Shown: positions 33,263 through 43,495, numbered from the stretch's first letter. The stretch is DNA of 58,717 nucleotides from Verrucomicrobiales bacterium (GCA_005791875.1 SXTU01000205.1:1-58717); one strand, 5' to 3'. A program made the numbers and translations. Notes: generated from the letters alone by a model not told the origin.

Positions 33263-34294
33263 TCACCCCATGTAGCCGGTGGCAGGCAAGAACCCGTGTC
33301 GCTCCAAAGCCGTGACGGTCTGGCGGATGACTTCGACAGGCAAGCGGCTGCCAGCGTGCAAGCGCGGCGGCGTCACACTGGCCGCCTTCGAGCCATGCGC
33401 GAAGAAGTGGTCCATCGCCTTGTTCGCGTTGGCGAAGGCGTTGCCATCCGGCAGCCCGGCGACGAGGGCGAAGACTTCCTTCACAACGCCGGAGAGCCGG
33501 TCGGAGAGCTGCTGGGCTTCGGCGCGGCGACCCGCGAGAAGCAGCTCGATGACTTGGTGCAGCTCGCGACCGAAGCAGTTCGCCGTGCTGAGAAGGAAGC
33601 CGTCATAAGGCCCGCCACCAGACTTGAGCCAGCGCGCGTAGTCGCCCTCCGCGCCGCGCACAAGGAAGACGCCGCCGAAGTCCTGGCCCGAGTTCGCGAC
33701 CCGATCCGCGCCGCTTGTGTCCTTGAACAAGATGAAGTTCGGGAAGCGTGCGGCGAGGTCGGCCAACGTCTCCGGCGACATCTCGTTCTGCGTGACCTGC
33801 GGGAGCTGGTAGAGCGCGGTGGGGAAGCCGAGTGCGAGGATGCCGGCGAGAGCGTTGCGGATGGTTTCCTGGGGCAGGTCTTTGCCCTTCGGCGGACAGA
33901 CGGTGAAGGCAGGCGTGTTGCGTGTTGCGTGTTGCGTGAGTTCGGCTGGAAGCTCCCGGCCATACTCACGCAACACGGAACACGCAGCACCTGCCTCTGT
34001 CTTCAACACGCCAATGAGCAAGTGGAGTCCTAGCTTCGCGGTCTGCTCCTGCGCCAGGCGCAGCAGCTCGCGGATTTCCGCGTCGGACATTTCCCAGCCA
34101 TCGCCGGTGGAGCCGGGGATGAGGAAGCCATTCACGTGCGGCGCGAGGTGGCACAGTTGTGCGGTGATTCGCGGGTGGTCGAGCGAACCGTCGTCGCGGT
34201 AGTGCGTGAGCAGCGGGCACCAGAGTGGCGGGATGCCGTGCGGGAAAAGGCGCGCGTGCCAGTCGGCGCGGGTGGCTGGTGGTTGCGTGCTCAT
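33263..34294 (-). CDS. Dihydrodipicolinate synthase (DapA)/aldolase family protein with an in-frame palindromic insertion
   Basis: FLIPGSTGDGWEMSDAEIRELL resembles the DapA GSTGE motif region. TIM-barrel aldolase-like periodicity. Confidence 0.7.
   Translation of the reverse strand: MSTQPPATRADWHARLFPHGIPPLWCPLLTHYRDDGSLDHPRITAQLCHLAPHVNGFLIPGSTGDGWEMSDAEIRELLRLAQEQTAKLGLHLLIGVLKTEAGAACSVLREYGRELPAELTQHATRNTPAFTVCPPKGKDLPQETIRNALAGILALGFPTALYQLPQVTQNEMSPETLADLAARFPNFILFKDTSGADRVANSGQDFGGVFLVRGAEGDYARWLKSGGGPYDGFLLSTANCFGRELHQVIELLLAGRRAEAQQLSDRLSGVVKEVFALVAGLPDGNAFANANKAMDHFFAHGSKAASVTPPRLHAGSRLPVEVIRQTVTALERHGFLPATGYMG
33913..33990. repeat. 78-bp palindromic element (heptamer array GCGTGTT x3 plus GCGTGAG forms the left arm) inside the DapA-family ORF
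   Basis: The left arm gcgtgttgcgtgttgcgtgttgcgtgagt (33913-33941) pairs with actcacgcaacacggaacacgcagcac (33964-33990). It encodes ...AACSVLREYGRELPAELTQHATRNTPA.... Confidence 0.8.
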
Positions 34295-34335
34295 GGAGCA
34301 TCCGCCTCCTCACGTCGGCGGCTCCCGGGCGGAAC

Positions 34336-35826
34336 TTATTCGTCGGCGTGCTCCGGCTTCGGTTCCGTGAGCCATTGGCTGGCCACGACGCCGACGATGG
34401 CGAACACCCCGGCCACCACGGCGGCGGTCAGGGCAATCTTCGCGGGGTCTGGCGGCTTCGCAGCGGCGAAGGTGAAGGTGAACCACGCCGCCGAGGTGCC
34501 GAGGATGCGGCCGCCGATGTTCGCGGCGAAGCTCTCGCCGGTGCCGCGCAGATGGACGGGATACACCAGCGGCAGGTAGTTGCCCCAGAAGCTGAAGGTG
34601 GCGACGACGAAGAAGCCGCACAACGCCGCGCCCCACTTCACAATCTCCAGGTTGCCGCTCTGGCCGAGGTTGTTGGAGAGCCACCAGAAGAAGAGCGTGA
34701 TGCACCCCAGCGCGGGGACTTGGAAGATGCGCAGGACCGTCCGCTTGCTGACGACGAAGATGATCACGCCCGCCAGCGCGAGCCGGCCGGCCATGCCGCC
34801 GATTTCCTGCCACATCTGCACTTCGCCGGCAAAGCGCTCCGTCTCCTGACGGCCCGCTGCTGCGACGGCCTTGGCATCCGGGGCGGGTTTGCCAGCGTCC
34901 GCGGCGGCTTTCACCATCGACTCCTGCTTGGCCTTCGCGGCGACCTTCACGTCGGCCAGACCGGGGACAATCTGCGGCAGGTGCTGGATCGCGCCGAACG
35001 CCATGCCGTAGCACGAAGCGACGATGATGGCCGTGACGATGGTGGTGCGGGCCAGTTCCGGGGTGAACAACGCGCCGAGGCTGGCACGCTTGAGTTGGCC
35101 GGCTTCGCGCTTCTTGGCCCACACGGGGGACTCGGGCAGGAACGGACGGATGAGGATCAAGGGAATTGCCGGGATCAGCCCGGAGATGAGCGTGTAGCGC
35201 CACGCGTCGTGCCCGCCGTGGATGGCCGGCAGGCTGTTCGCGTAGTTCACGCAGAGCAGATACGCGCCGGAGACCATGAAGCCGCCGACCGAGGAAAACG
35301 CCTGTGTGAAACCGAGCACCTTCTCGCGCTGCGCGGGATTGGGGAACAGCTCGGCCAGCCACGCCACCGCCGCGACGAACTCGACGCAGACGCCGATGAA
35401 GACGAGGCAGCGGAAGAAGAGCAACTGCCACAGGCTTGTGCTCAAGCCCGCCGCCCCCGCCGCGAAGGCGTAAAGCAGGATGCTGAAGGTCAGCACCCGC
35501 CGCCGCCCCAGGCGGTCCGTGAGGTAGCCGCCGATGAGGCCGAAGATGCCGCCGAAGATGGCCGGCACGAAGAACAGCGTGCGCGCCCACTGCACATACA
35601 TCTCGCCGCCAGGCAGCCATTGCGCCACGGCCTCCGGGCGGGCCATACCGCCCTGCACCATCTGCTCGATGAGCGGCGCGCTCAACACGGCGATGGCGGG
35701 CTTTACGATCAGCGGCAGCATCAGCAGCTCGTAGATGTCGAAGGCAAAGCCGATGACGGCGATGAAGCAGATCAGCCACTCGGTTGTGCCGAGCGCCTTC
35801 GGAGCCGGCGGTTGCGGAGAACTCAT
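34336..35826 (-). CDS. MFS transporter
   Basis: About 12 hydrophobic helices. GGYLTDRLGRRRVL is the MFS loop 2-3 signature. There is a large central loop. Confidence 0.85.
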   Translation of the reverse strand: MSSPQPPAPKALGTTEWLICFIAVIGFAFDIYELLMLPLIVKPAIAVLSAPLIEQMVQGGMARPEAVAQWLPGGEMYVQWARTLFFVPAIFGGIFGLIGGYLTDRLGRRRVLTFSILLYAFAAGAAGLSTSLWQLLFFRCLVFIGVCVEFVAAVAWLAELFPNPAQREKVLGFTQAFSSVGGFMVSGAYLLCVNYANSLPAIHGGHDAWRYTLISGLIPAIPLILIRPFLPESPVWAKKREAGQLKRASLGALFTPELARTTIVTAIIVASCYGMAFGAIQHLPQIVPGLADVKVAAKAKQESMVKAAADAGKPAPDAKAVAAAGRQETERFAGEVQMWQEIGGMAGRLALAGVIIFVVSKRTVLRIFQVPALGCITLFFWWLSNNLGQSGNLEIVKWGAALCGFFVVATFSFWGNYLPLVYPVHLRGTGESFAANIGGRILGTSAAWFTFTFAAAKPPDPAKIALTAAVVAGVFAIVGVVASQWLTEPKPEHADE

Positions 35827-36052
35827 GGTGTGGAATTGGACACGAGGGTTGGAGGCGGGACAAGTGTTTTGTTACGCACCCGTATTATCAGGAGAGCGAG
35901 AACCGAGAAGCTGCCGAGGCTCGCCATGCTCGGCAAGGCCGCGCGCAGCGCGGCCCTACCGGGCTGAGGAAAAGGACGGATCAGGATCAGGCTTACGAGC
36001 AGGAGTAGAGCGCATGCTCGCAGCGCTCTCCCCATCTGTGTCCATCTGTGGC

Positions 36053-36080
36053 AAAAAATGCCGCCTCCTGACCTCGGCGG
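36053..36080 (-). terminator. Rho-independent terminator of the substrate-binding-protein gene
   Basis: The minus strand reads TAG-ccgccgaggtcaggaggcggc-attttttgcc, a GC stem followed by a T-tract. Confidence 0.75.
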
Positions 36081-37736
36081 CTACTCGAAGGAAAGGTGCT
36101 TGTAAGGATGATGGTCGAGCAGGGTCGGGTGCCAGCCCTTGAGCTTCGGGGAGATGAGGTGCTGGCGGGTGTAGTGGTAGATGGGGATGATGGGCAGCTC
36201 GTCCATCAGGATGGTCTCGGCTTTCTGGAAGAGTTCGAGGCGGGCGGCGGCGTCGGCGGTGCGGGCGGCCTCGGCGATGAGGCGGTCGTATTCCTTGTTG
36301 CTCCAGCCGGTTTCGTTCTGGCCGCCGCCGGTGAGCCACATGTCGAGGAAGGAGTTCGCATCCACGTAGTCGCTCGTCCAGCCAGCGCGGCAAATCTGGT
36401 AGTTCATCTGCCGCTGCGTGTCCAAATACACCTTCCACTCTTGGTTCAGCAGCCGCGCATCGAGGCCGAGGTTCTTCTTCCACATTTGCTGGATGGCTTC
36501 GGCGATGACGCGATGGGATTCCGACGTGTTGTAGAGCAGCTCGAAGGGGGGAAAGCCCTTGCCGTCGGGGAAGCCGGCGTCGGCCAAGAGCTTTTTGGCT
36601 TCGGCCAGGTCGCCGGTGAGCTTGCCGCGCGCGGTGTAGCCGGCGGTGCCGGGCGGCGTGAGGTTGAACGCGGGGAGTTGGCCAGCTTTGAGGATGTTCT
36701 GGGTGATGGACGCGCGGTCAATGCCGAGCGCTAAGGCCTTGCGCACGCGTTTGTCGTTGAACGGCGGCTTGGTGATGTTGATGCGGTAGAAATAGGCCGC
36801 AAGATACTGGTCGATGCGGATGAGTTCAGGGTGGTTCTTCCGATAGCCGGGGATTTTTGTGAGCGGCACGGTGTCGGTGACGTGGAGCTGGTTCGCGCGG
36901 AACATGCGTTCCTCGGTCTCGGCGCTGGAGATGGGGTAGAAGGCGATGCCGTCGAGCTTCACAGTCTTCGCGTCCCAGTGGTGCGGGTTGCGCTTGATGG
37001 TGAGGACTTCGTTGACCTTCCACTGGTCGAGCGTGAAGGGGCCGTTGCCGACGAAGTGCTCCGGGCGCGTCCACTTGCTGCCGCGCTCGTAGGGCTTGCC
37101 GTGCTTGGCGATGGTCGGCAGGTGGACGGGCATCCACGACGTGTGGTTGATGAGCGAGAGGAAGTAAGGCGTGGGGCCGATAAGCAAGATTTGGAAGGTG
37201 TGGTCATCAATGACCTTGTAGCCGACCTGGGAGAAGTCCTTCAGCTTGCCCTCGTTGTAAGCCTGCGCGTTCTTCACGACGTGGTGCATGTAGGCGTATT
37301 GCGCCGCGAGCGTGGGTTCGAGGATGCGTTTGTAGGACTCGAAGAAGTCGCGCGCGGTCAGGGCGTCGCCGTTGGACCACTTGGCGTTCTTGCGGAGGAA
37401 AAACGTGTAAGTGAGCAGGTCCGGCGAAATCTCCCAGCGCTCGGCGGCTCCGGGCACGGGGTGCAAGTCCTTCGGGTCCTCGTCCGTGAGGCCCTCGAAG
37501 AGGCCCATGAGAATCATGTGCTCGGGCACGCCGGTGACAATCTGCGGGTCGAGGTCTGCTGGCTCGGAGCCGTTGCCGCGATGGAGGATCATCTTGCCCG
37601 GCGAGACGGCGGGGCCGGAGCCAAAGCCGGGGTCGGTCTTCGGTGCGCCGCCGCCGGGTGCTCCGGGTTGGTCGGTGGGCTTCTTGCAACCGACGAGCAA
37701 GGCCGCCAAACACGCGGCGGTGAACAGTGCTTTCAT
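36081..37736 (-). CDS. ABC transporter substrate-binding lipoprotein, family 5 (OppA/DppA-like)
   Basis: MKALFTAACLAALLVGC is a lipobox. WSNGDALTARDF, ...PYFLSL... and WTSDYVDANSFL are family 5 SBP motifs. No permease genes are adjacent. Confidence 0.85.
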   Translation of the reverse strand: MKALFTAACLAALLVGCKKPTDQPGAPGGGAPKTDPGFGSGPAVSPGKMILHRGNGSEPADLDPQIVTGVPEHMILMGLFEGLTDEDPKDLHPVPGAAERWEISPDLLTYTFFLRKNAKWSNGDALTARDFFESYKRILEPTLAAQYAYMHHVVKNAQAYNEGKLKDFSQVGYKVIDDHTFQILLIGPTPYFLSLINHTSWMPVHLPTIAKHGKPYERGSKWTRPEHFVGNGPFTLDQWKVNEVLTIKRNPHHWDAKTVKLDGIAFYPISSAETEERMFRANQLHVTDTVPLTKIPGYRKNHPELIRIDQYLAAYFYRINITKPPFNDKRVRKALALGIDRASITQNILKAGQLPAFNLTPPGTAGYTARGKLTGDLAEAKKLLADAGFPDGKGFPPFELLYNTSESHRVIAEAIQQMWKKNLGLDARLLNQEWKVYLDTQRQMNYQICRAGWTSDYVDANSFLDMWLTGGGQNETGWSNKEYDRLIAEAARTADAAARLELFQKAETILMDELPIIPIYHYTRQHLISPKLKGWHPTLLDHHPYKHLSFE

Positions 37737-37889
37737 GGCGAGGAGCTTTTCGATTCCGGCAAGGCGAGGGAAGCGCAAAGTTTCCCCAGCCGCGCGGCCC
37801 TACCAGTGGGACGTGCGCGGATGCGTCTCCACCGACAAGCCGCTTGTCACCTGGCAGTCGTGTTGCCTACGCTTGCCGCACTTCGCCCC

Positions 37890-38651
37890 ATGAAAGACTT
37901 CTCGCTCGCAGGACACGCCGCTCTTGTCACCGGCTCTTCGCAAGGCATCGGCCACGCCGCCGCCTGCGCGCTGCGCGAGGCGGGCGCAGCAGTCGTCTTC
38001 CACGGGCTTCAACCGCGCCCCGATACGATCCCGGCCGACGCCGACTACGTGCAGAGCGACCTCCTCGAACCCGCTGCTCCAGCGCACGTCATGCAGGCCG
38101 CGTTCATCGCGCAGCCGCAGCTCGACACACTCGTCTGCAACGCCGGGAGTTTCTTCGACACGCCGTTCCTCGACCTCACCCGCGAGCGCTGGGATCGGAC
38201 GGTGCAGCTGAACTTCACCGCCACATGCTTCCTCGCGCAGGAGTTCGCAAAGCGACTCGCTGCCGCCGGACGCCCCGGTTCCATCTGCATCACCACCTCG
38301 ACAAATGGCTTTCAAGCAGAGGCCGACTCCGTGGCCTACGACACCTCCAAGGGCGCGCTTGTCATGCTCATCCGCTCGCTCGCCGTCTCGCTCGCCGCGC
38401 ACGGCATCCGCGTCAACGGCATCGCCCCCGGACTGATCCGCACCCCGCTCACCGCCGTCTGGCTCGAGACGCGCTCGGAGGAACTGCTGGCGCACTACCG
38501 CAGGAAAATTCTCCTCGGCCGCATCGGCACGCCGGCGGACTGCGCGGGCGCGGTGGTCTTCCTCAGCTCGCCCGCCGCCGCCTACATCACCGGCGAGATC
38601 GTCACGATAGACGGCGGGTTGACGGTGCAGCAGATTGGCAAGCCGGAATAA
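37890..38651 (+). CDS. Short-chain dehydrogenase/reductase (SDR)
   Basis: TGSSQGIG (TGxxxGxG), NAG and YDTSK (YxxxK) are present, followed by ITGEIVTIDGG. Confidence 0.85.
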   Translation: MKDFSLAGHAALVTGSSQGIGHAAACALREAGAAVVFHGLQPRPDTIPADADYVQSDLLEPAAPAHVMQAAFIAQPQLDTLVCNAGSFFDTPFLDLTRERWDRTVQLNFTATCFLAQEFAKRLAAAGRPGSICITTSTNGFQAEADSVAYDTSKGALVMLIRSLAVSLAAHGIRVNGIAPGLIRTPLTAVWLETRSEELLAHYRRKILLGRIGTPADCAGAVVFLSSPAAAYITGEIVTIDGGLTVQQIGKPE

Positions 38652-38709
38652 GTCCGGCCCTCGCTGCTACCTGCGGGAGCATCGCGCGATGGTCGCCGTC
38701 CAACGGGGC

Positions 38710-41091
38710 ATGAAACGCTCAATCGCCTTCCTCACCCTCCTCGGCTGGCTGCTCGCCAACATCCCCGCATCCGCCGCCGGCCTCATCGTTGTCACCGAGT
38801 CTCCGGAGGATCGCCGCATCCTGCCAACGCATCCCCCCGTCGTCGTGCCGCCACCTCGGTTCATTCCTCCGCCGCGTCCCTATGTCTTCGCACCTTTGGA
38901 GGTCAACTACCACAAGGTCAGCGCGCGCATCACGGACCAGGTGGCGGTCACGACGATTGAACAGGAGTTCTACAACCCGAACCCGACGCGGCTGGAGGGC
39001 ACCTTCCTGTTGCCCGTGCCCAAGGGTGCGCAGCTCAACAAATTCACGATGGAGATTGACGGCAAGAAGGCCGAGGCCGAGCTGCTCTCCGCTGACAAGG
39101 CCCGCAGCATTTACGAGGGCATCGTCCGCTCGATGCGCGACCCGGCGCTGCTGGAATACATCGGCCAGGACGTGTTTCGTGTGCGCATCTTCCCCATCGA
39201 GCCACGCGGCACCAAGCGAGTCACCCTTAGCTATACGCAGTTGCTCAAGGCCGACGGCGGCCTACTCAACTATGTCTCACCACTGAACACCGCGAAGTTT
39301 TCCGCCAAGCCGCTCAAAAACGTCAGCCTCAAGGTCGAGCTGGAGGGCAAGCGCCCGCTCAAGGCGCTCTGGTCGCCGAGCCACGCGGTCGAGGTGAAGC
39401 GCGAGGGCGGCAAGGCCACTGTCGGCTTCGAGGCGCGCGACGTGAAGCCGGACGCGGATTTTCAACTGCTCTTCTCCTTCGAGGCCGGCGAGCTGGGCGC
39501 GAACCTTCTCACGCACAAGGTCGCGGGCGAGGACGGTTACTTCCTCCTGCTCGCCACGCCGGATGCGAGCGTGAAGGGCGGCAAGTCCGTGCCCAAGGAC
39601 GTGTGCTTCGTGCTCGACACCTCCGGCTCGATGGCCGGCGGCAAACTCGAACAGGCGAAGAAGGCGTTGGCGTTCTGCGTGGAGAATCTCAACGAGAACG
39701 ACCGCTTCGAAGTGCTGCGCTTCTCGACGGAGGTGGAGCCGCTCTTCGGCGAAGTGCTGGAGGCAAGCAAGGCCAATCGCCAGCGCGCGATGGACTTCAT
39801 CAAGGGGCTGAAGCCGCTCGGCAGCACAGCCATTGACGACGCGTTGCGCAAGGCGCTCGCGCTCTTCCCCGCGCGCCTCGCGGGCGCGGCCCGCACTCCC
39901 ACCATCATCTTCCTCACCGACGGCCGGCCGACCATCGGCGTCACGGACGAAAACACCATCTTCAAGAACGTGAAGGAGCAGAACGCCGGGCAGACGCGCA
40001 TCTTCTGCTTCGGCATCGGCACGGACGTGAACACGCACCTGCTCGACAAGATCACCGAGGACACGAAGGCGTTCAGCACCTACGTGCTGCCCGAGGAGGA
40101 TCTCGAAGTGAAGCTCTCGGCCTTCTTCACCAAGCTCAAGGAGCCGGCCCTGGCGAACCTGAAGCTCACTTTCCCCGAAAGCGTGCGCGTGACGAAGCTC
40201 TACCCGTCGCCGCTGCCGGACTTGTTCAAGGGCGAGCAGCTCGTGCTGGCCGGGCGTTTCGCTGGGGAGGCCAAGGGCAAGCTCGTCATCGAAGGCAGCG
40301 TCGCAGGCGAGGGGCGCAAGTTCAGTTACGACGCAGATTTCGGCACGGACGGCTCGCATGACTTCATCCCGCGCCTCTGGGCCACGCGGAGAGTCGGCTA
40401 CCTGCTCGATGAGATTCGCCTGCGCGGCGAGAACGCGGAGCTGAAGGAGGAGGTCACCGAGCTGGCGCGCAAATACAGCATCGTAACGCCTTACACCGCG
40501 TGGCTCATCACCGAGGACGAGACGCGGCGCGGCGTGGCGATGGAGCGCCGGCTCCTGCCGCAGCTCCGGGCGGATCGCGAGGCCAATGATCAGGCGGCCG
40601 CGTCCTACGACAGCTTCAAGAAGCTCAAGGACGGCGAAGTGGCCGTGGGCGGCGCGCGCCTGGCCTACGAGTTGAAAGCGGCGGATTCATCCGGGCTTGC
40701 GCAGCAGCGCGCGAATCAGTCCGTCGCGCGCAGCTACGGTGGAGTTGCGTCGGCCCCGGCGTCGGTGTCCGGGCCGGTCATTGCAAACCCCATGCCGCGT
40801 GGTTCTGCCAAGTTCAATGTGGCCAGCCCTGTCGCCGACGCCGCCACGCGCGTCGCCCAATACGCGCAGCAGAACCGCTTCGTGGCTGGCAAGAGCTTCT
40901 ACCAAAACGGCGCGCAGTGGGTGGACGCCGAGGCGCAGCAACTCAAGGACGCGAAGCCCGTAAAATTCCAGTTCGGCTCGACGGAATACTTCGCCCTGCT
41001 GGGCAAGGAGCCGCGCGCCGCGCAGTGGCTCGCGCTGGGCCGCAACGTGCAGTTTGTCATGGGCGGCACGCTCTACGAGGTGGCGGAGTAG
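38710..41091 (+). CDS. Secreted VIT plus von Willebrand factor A domain protein
   Basis: Signal peptide MKRSIAFLTLLGWLLANIPASA. VIT-like VSARITDQVAVTTIEQEFYNP. The vWA MIDAS motif is VLDTSGSM, followed by FLTDGRPT. Confidence 0.85.
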   Translation: MKRSIAFLTLLGWLLANIPASAAGLIVVTESPEDRRILPTHPPVVVPPPRFIPPPRPYVFAPLEVNYHKVSARITDQVAVTTIEQEFYNPNPTRLEGTFLLPVPKGAQLNKFTMEIDGKKAEAELLSADKARSIYEGIVRSMRDPALLEYIGQDVFRVRIFPIEPRGTKRVTLSYTQLLKADGGLLNYVSPLNTAKFSAKPLKNVSLKVELEGKRPLKALWSPSHAVEVKREGGKATVGFEARDVKPDADFQLLFSFEAGELGANLLTHKVAGEDGYFLLLATPDASVKGGKSVPKDVCFVLDTSGSMAGGKLEQAKKALAFCVENLNENDRFEVLRFSTEVEPLFGEVLEASKANRQRAMDFIKGLKPLGSTAIDDALRKALALFPARLAGAARTPTIIFLTDGRPTIGVTDENTIFKNVKEQNAGQTRIFCFGIGTDVNTHLLDKITEDTKAFSTYVLPEEDLEVKLSAFFTKLKEPALANLKLTFPESVRVTKLYPSPLPDLFKGEQLVLAGRFAGEAKGKLVIEGSVAGEGRKFSYDADFGTDGSHDFIPRLWATRRVGYLLDEIRLRGENAELKEEVTELARKYSIVTPYTAWLITEDETRRGVAMERRLLPQLRADREANDQAAASYDSFKKLKDGEVAVGGARLAYELKAADSSGLAQQRANQSVARSYGGVASAPASVSGPVIANPMPRGSAKFNVASPVADAATRVAQYAQQNRFVAGKSFYQNGAQWVDAEAQQLKDAKPVKFQFGSTEYFALLGKEPRAAQWLALGRNVQFVMGGTLYEVAE

Positions 41092-41098
41092 TTCCGTG

Positions 41099-41190
41099 CC
41101 GGCGACTTTCAGTCGCCGGCTGGCACGTGCCCAGGTCTGGGGTTTTGCCTGTCCACACCTCACGGACGGCGACTGCAAGTCGCCGGCACA
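41099..41190. repeat. Two REP-like hairpins of the GGCGACT-N-AGTCGCC family downstream of the vWA gene
   Basis: ccggcgactttcagtcgccgg lies at 41099-41119. gacggcgactgcaagtcgccggcaca at 41165-41190 has one mismatch to the 26-mer at 12013-12038. Confidence 0.6.
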
Positions 41191-41459
41191 ACTGAGGTGT
41201 TTTCCCCATGCCTTCCCCGCTGCGCAAGGCGCCGGCGCTGCTCAGAGTCACGCGTGAGACAGGTCTGGCAATTCGTGGATGAGGCACTGCCGGTGCTGGC
41301 GTTCCTCGTCTATGTGGCGGTCGAGGCCATCGTCATCTACGGAATGCTGCGCTGGGTCGGGGCGATCTGAGGTGGCTGAGTGCAGCGCGAAGATTCGCTT
41401 TGACGGCGCGGGCGGCGGGGATTGAACTGGCGGCCAGCAACACCAGTTCTAACTCTTCC

Positions 41460-42329
41460 ATGAAAGCCTCCCTCTCCCGCCGTTCCGCCCTTGCCACCGT
41501 GGCTGCGACAGCCGCAGCGCTTTCCCAGCGCCTCTCCGCCGCCGATGCCGCCGCCAAGACTCGTGTGAACCACTCCGTCTGCAAGTGGTGCTACTCGAAG
41601 ATTCCGATCGAAGACTTGTGCAAGTCGGCGAAGGACATCGGCCTTTCGTCCATCGAGCTGCTGGAGCCGGCGGACTTCGCGATGCTCAAGCAATACGGCC
41701 TGAACTGCGCGATGGTGAGCTTCCCGCAGAAGAACGGCCTGGGCGGCATCGGCAAGGCCTTCAACCGTCTGGAGCATCACGACACGCTGGTGGAGATTTA
41801 CACGGAACGGATCAAGCAATGCGCTGACGCTGGCTTCAAGCAGCTCATTTGCTTCTCCGGCAACCGCGCGGGCCTCGACGACGAGGCGGGCTTGAAGAAC
41901 TGCGCGGCGGGTTTGAAGCGTCTTCTTCCGCTCGCCGAGAAGAACGGCATCACGCTCGTGATGGAGCTGCTCAACAGCCGCGTGAACCACAAGGACTACC
42001 AGTGCGACAAGTCCGCGTGGGGCGTTGCGCTGTGCAAGGCCATCGGCTCCGAGCGCTTCAAGCTGCTCTACGACAGCGACCACATGCAGATCATGGAGGG
42101 CGACGTGATCGCCACCATCCAGCGCGACCACCAGTATTTCTCGCACTACCACACCGGCGGCGTGCCGGGCCGCAACGAGATTGACGACACGCAGGAGCTG
42201 AACTACCCGGCCATCATGCGCGCCATCGTGGCCACGGGCTACAAGGGCCACGTCGGCCAGGAGTTCATCCCCAAGCGCGAGGACAAGCTCGCCTCCCTCA
42301 AGCAGGGCGTGAAGATTTGCACCGTGTAA
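41460..42329 (+). CDS. Tat-exported xylose-isomerase-like TIM-barrel protein (hydroxypyruvate isomerase family-like)
   Basis: SRRSALATVAATAAAL is a Tat signal. LVMELLNSRVNHKDY...LYDSDHMQIMEGD...HYHTGGVPGRNEID matches the Hyi/AP-endonuclease-2 fold motifs. Confidence 0.8.
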   Translation: MKASLSRRSALATVAATAAALSQRLSAADAAAKTRVNHSVCKWCYSKIPIEDLCKSAKDIGLSSIELLEPADFAMLKQYGLNCAMVSFPQKNGLGGIGKAFNRLEHHDTLVEIYTERIKQCADAGFKQLICFSGNRAGLDDEAGLKNCAAGLKRLLPLAEKNGITLVMELLNSRVNHKDYQCDKSAWGVALCKAIGSERFKLLYDSDHMQIMEGDVIATIQRDHQYFSHYHTGGVPGRNEIDDTQELNYPAIMRAIVATGYKGHVGQEFIPKREDKLASLKQGVKICTV

Positions 42330-42347
42330 CTGGCGCTTTCACCAACC

Positions 42348-43232
42348 ATGAACACCTCCCGCCGTTCCGCCCTCAAAACCGCCGCCACGTTTGCCGGCGT
42401 GTCCGTGCTCACCTCGTCCAAAGTCCGCGCCGCCGAGGCCCGAGATTTTTACGTCGCGAAGAACGGGCGCATCAACCAGTCGCTCGTCACGTGGAACTTC
42501 CGACCGCTCACCATCCCTGAGCTGGCGAAGCTCTCGGTTAAGTTTGGCGTGAAGTCAGTCGAGCTGGTCGGGCCGGAGCATTGGCCGATGCTCAAGGAGC
42601 TTGGCCTCAAGTGCGCCATCGCCGGCAGCCACGGTTTCGCCAAGGGCTTCGCGCAGCCGGACCAGCACGCGGAGTGCCTCAAGGTGCTGGAGCAGCGCAT
42701 CGAGCAATGCGCCGCGCATGGAGTGCCAAGCGTCATCAGCTTCTCCGGCTTCCGCAAAGGGCTGACCGTGGACGACGCCACGAAGAACACCATCGAGGGC
42801 CTCAAGAAGATCGCGCCCTTCGCTGAGAAGCACAAAGTCACCATCGCGCTGGAGATGCTGAACTCGAAGGTGAACGTCGAGATGAAGGGCCACCCGGACT
42901 ACTTCTGCGACGACATGGACCTAAGCGTGCGCATCCTCAAGGCTGTCGGCTCGCCTTACGTTAAGGTGCTCTATGACATCTACCACGTGCAGATCATGCA
43001 CGGCGACGTCATCAGCCGGCTGCGCCAATACAAGGACTACATCGCCCACTACCACACCGCCGGCAACCCGGGCCGCAACGAGATTGATGACACGCAGGAG
43101 ATCAACTACCCACCCATCATGCGCGCCATCGCTGAGACGAAATACACCGGCTACGTCGGGCAGGAGTTCATTCCCGTGAAGGCGGACAAGGTGAAGTCCA
43201 TCAACGAGTCGGTGAAGCTGTGCGACGTGTGA
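42348..43232 (+). CDS. Paralogous Tat-exported xylose-isomerase-like TIM-barrel protein
   Basis: SRRSALKTAATFAGV is a Tat signal. IALEMLNSKVNVEMKGHPDY...LYDIYHVQIMHGD...HYHTAGNPGRNEID is clearly paralogous to the preceding gene. Confidence 0.8.
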   Translation: MNTSRRSALKTAATFAGVSVLTSSKVRAAEARDFYVAKNGRINQSLVTWNFRPLTIPELAKLSVKFGVKSVELVGPEHWPMLKELGLKCAIAGSHGFAKGFAQPDQHAECLKVLEQRIEQCAAHGVPSVISFSGFRKGLTVDDATKNTIEGLKKIAPFAEKHKVTIALEMLNSKVNVEMKGHPDYFCDDMDLSVRILKAVGSPYVKVLYDIYHVQIMHGDVISRLRQYKDYIAHYHTAGNPGRNEIDDTQEINYPPIMRAIAETKYTGYVGQEFIPVKADKVKSINESVKLCDV

Positions 43233-43495
43233 TCTCGTAGCGGAACTATTCGGCAATTCACAGTGCGGGTCCGCCTCCTTACCCCGGCGGGTGCACGAAC
43301 TTGCCGGGGCTGGTGAAGGCCCGCGGCATGGGCGCGCGATGTCCAACCGCGCATCCTCCCTTGCGGGCATTTGGAGATCGCGGCTGAGTTTGGGCGAGGT
43401 CATTTCCGCGGAGTTTTGACTGCGGCAAATCCAGCCTCTTTGCAGCCAGCCAACTTTGAATGACGGCCAGAGGTGCCGGGTCAAACGCCGTGCCT

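Noticed and set aside
41274-41369. A 31-codon hydrophobic ORF (VDEALPVLAFLVYVAVEAIVIYGMLRWVGAI) upstream of the first Hyi-like gene
   Set aside because: It has a GTG start with no recognisable ribosome-binding site, and it is too short to evaluate from sequence alone. It could be a small membrane peptide, but there is no supporting evidence.
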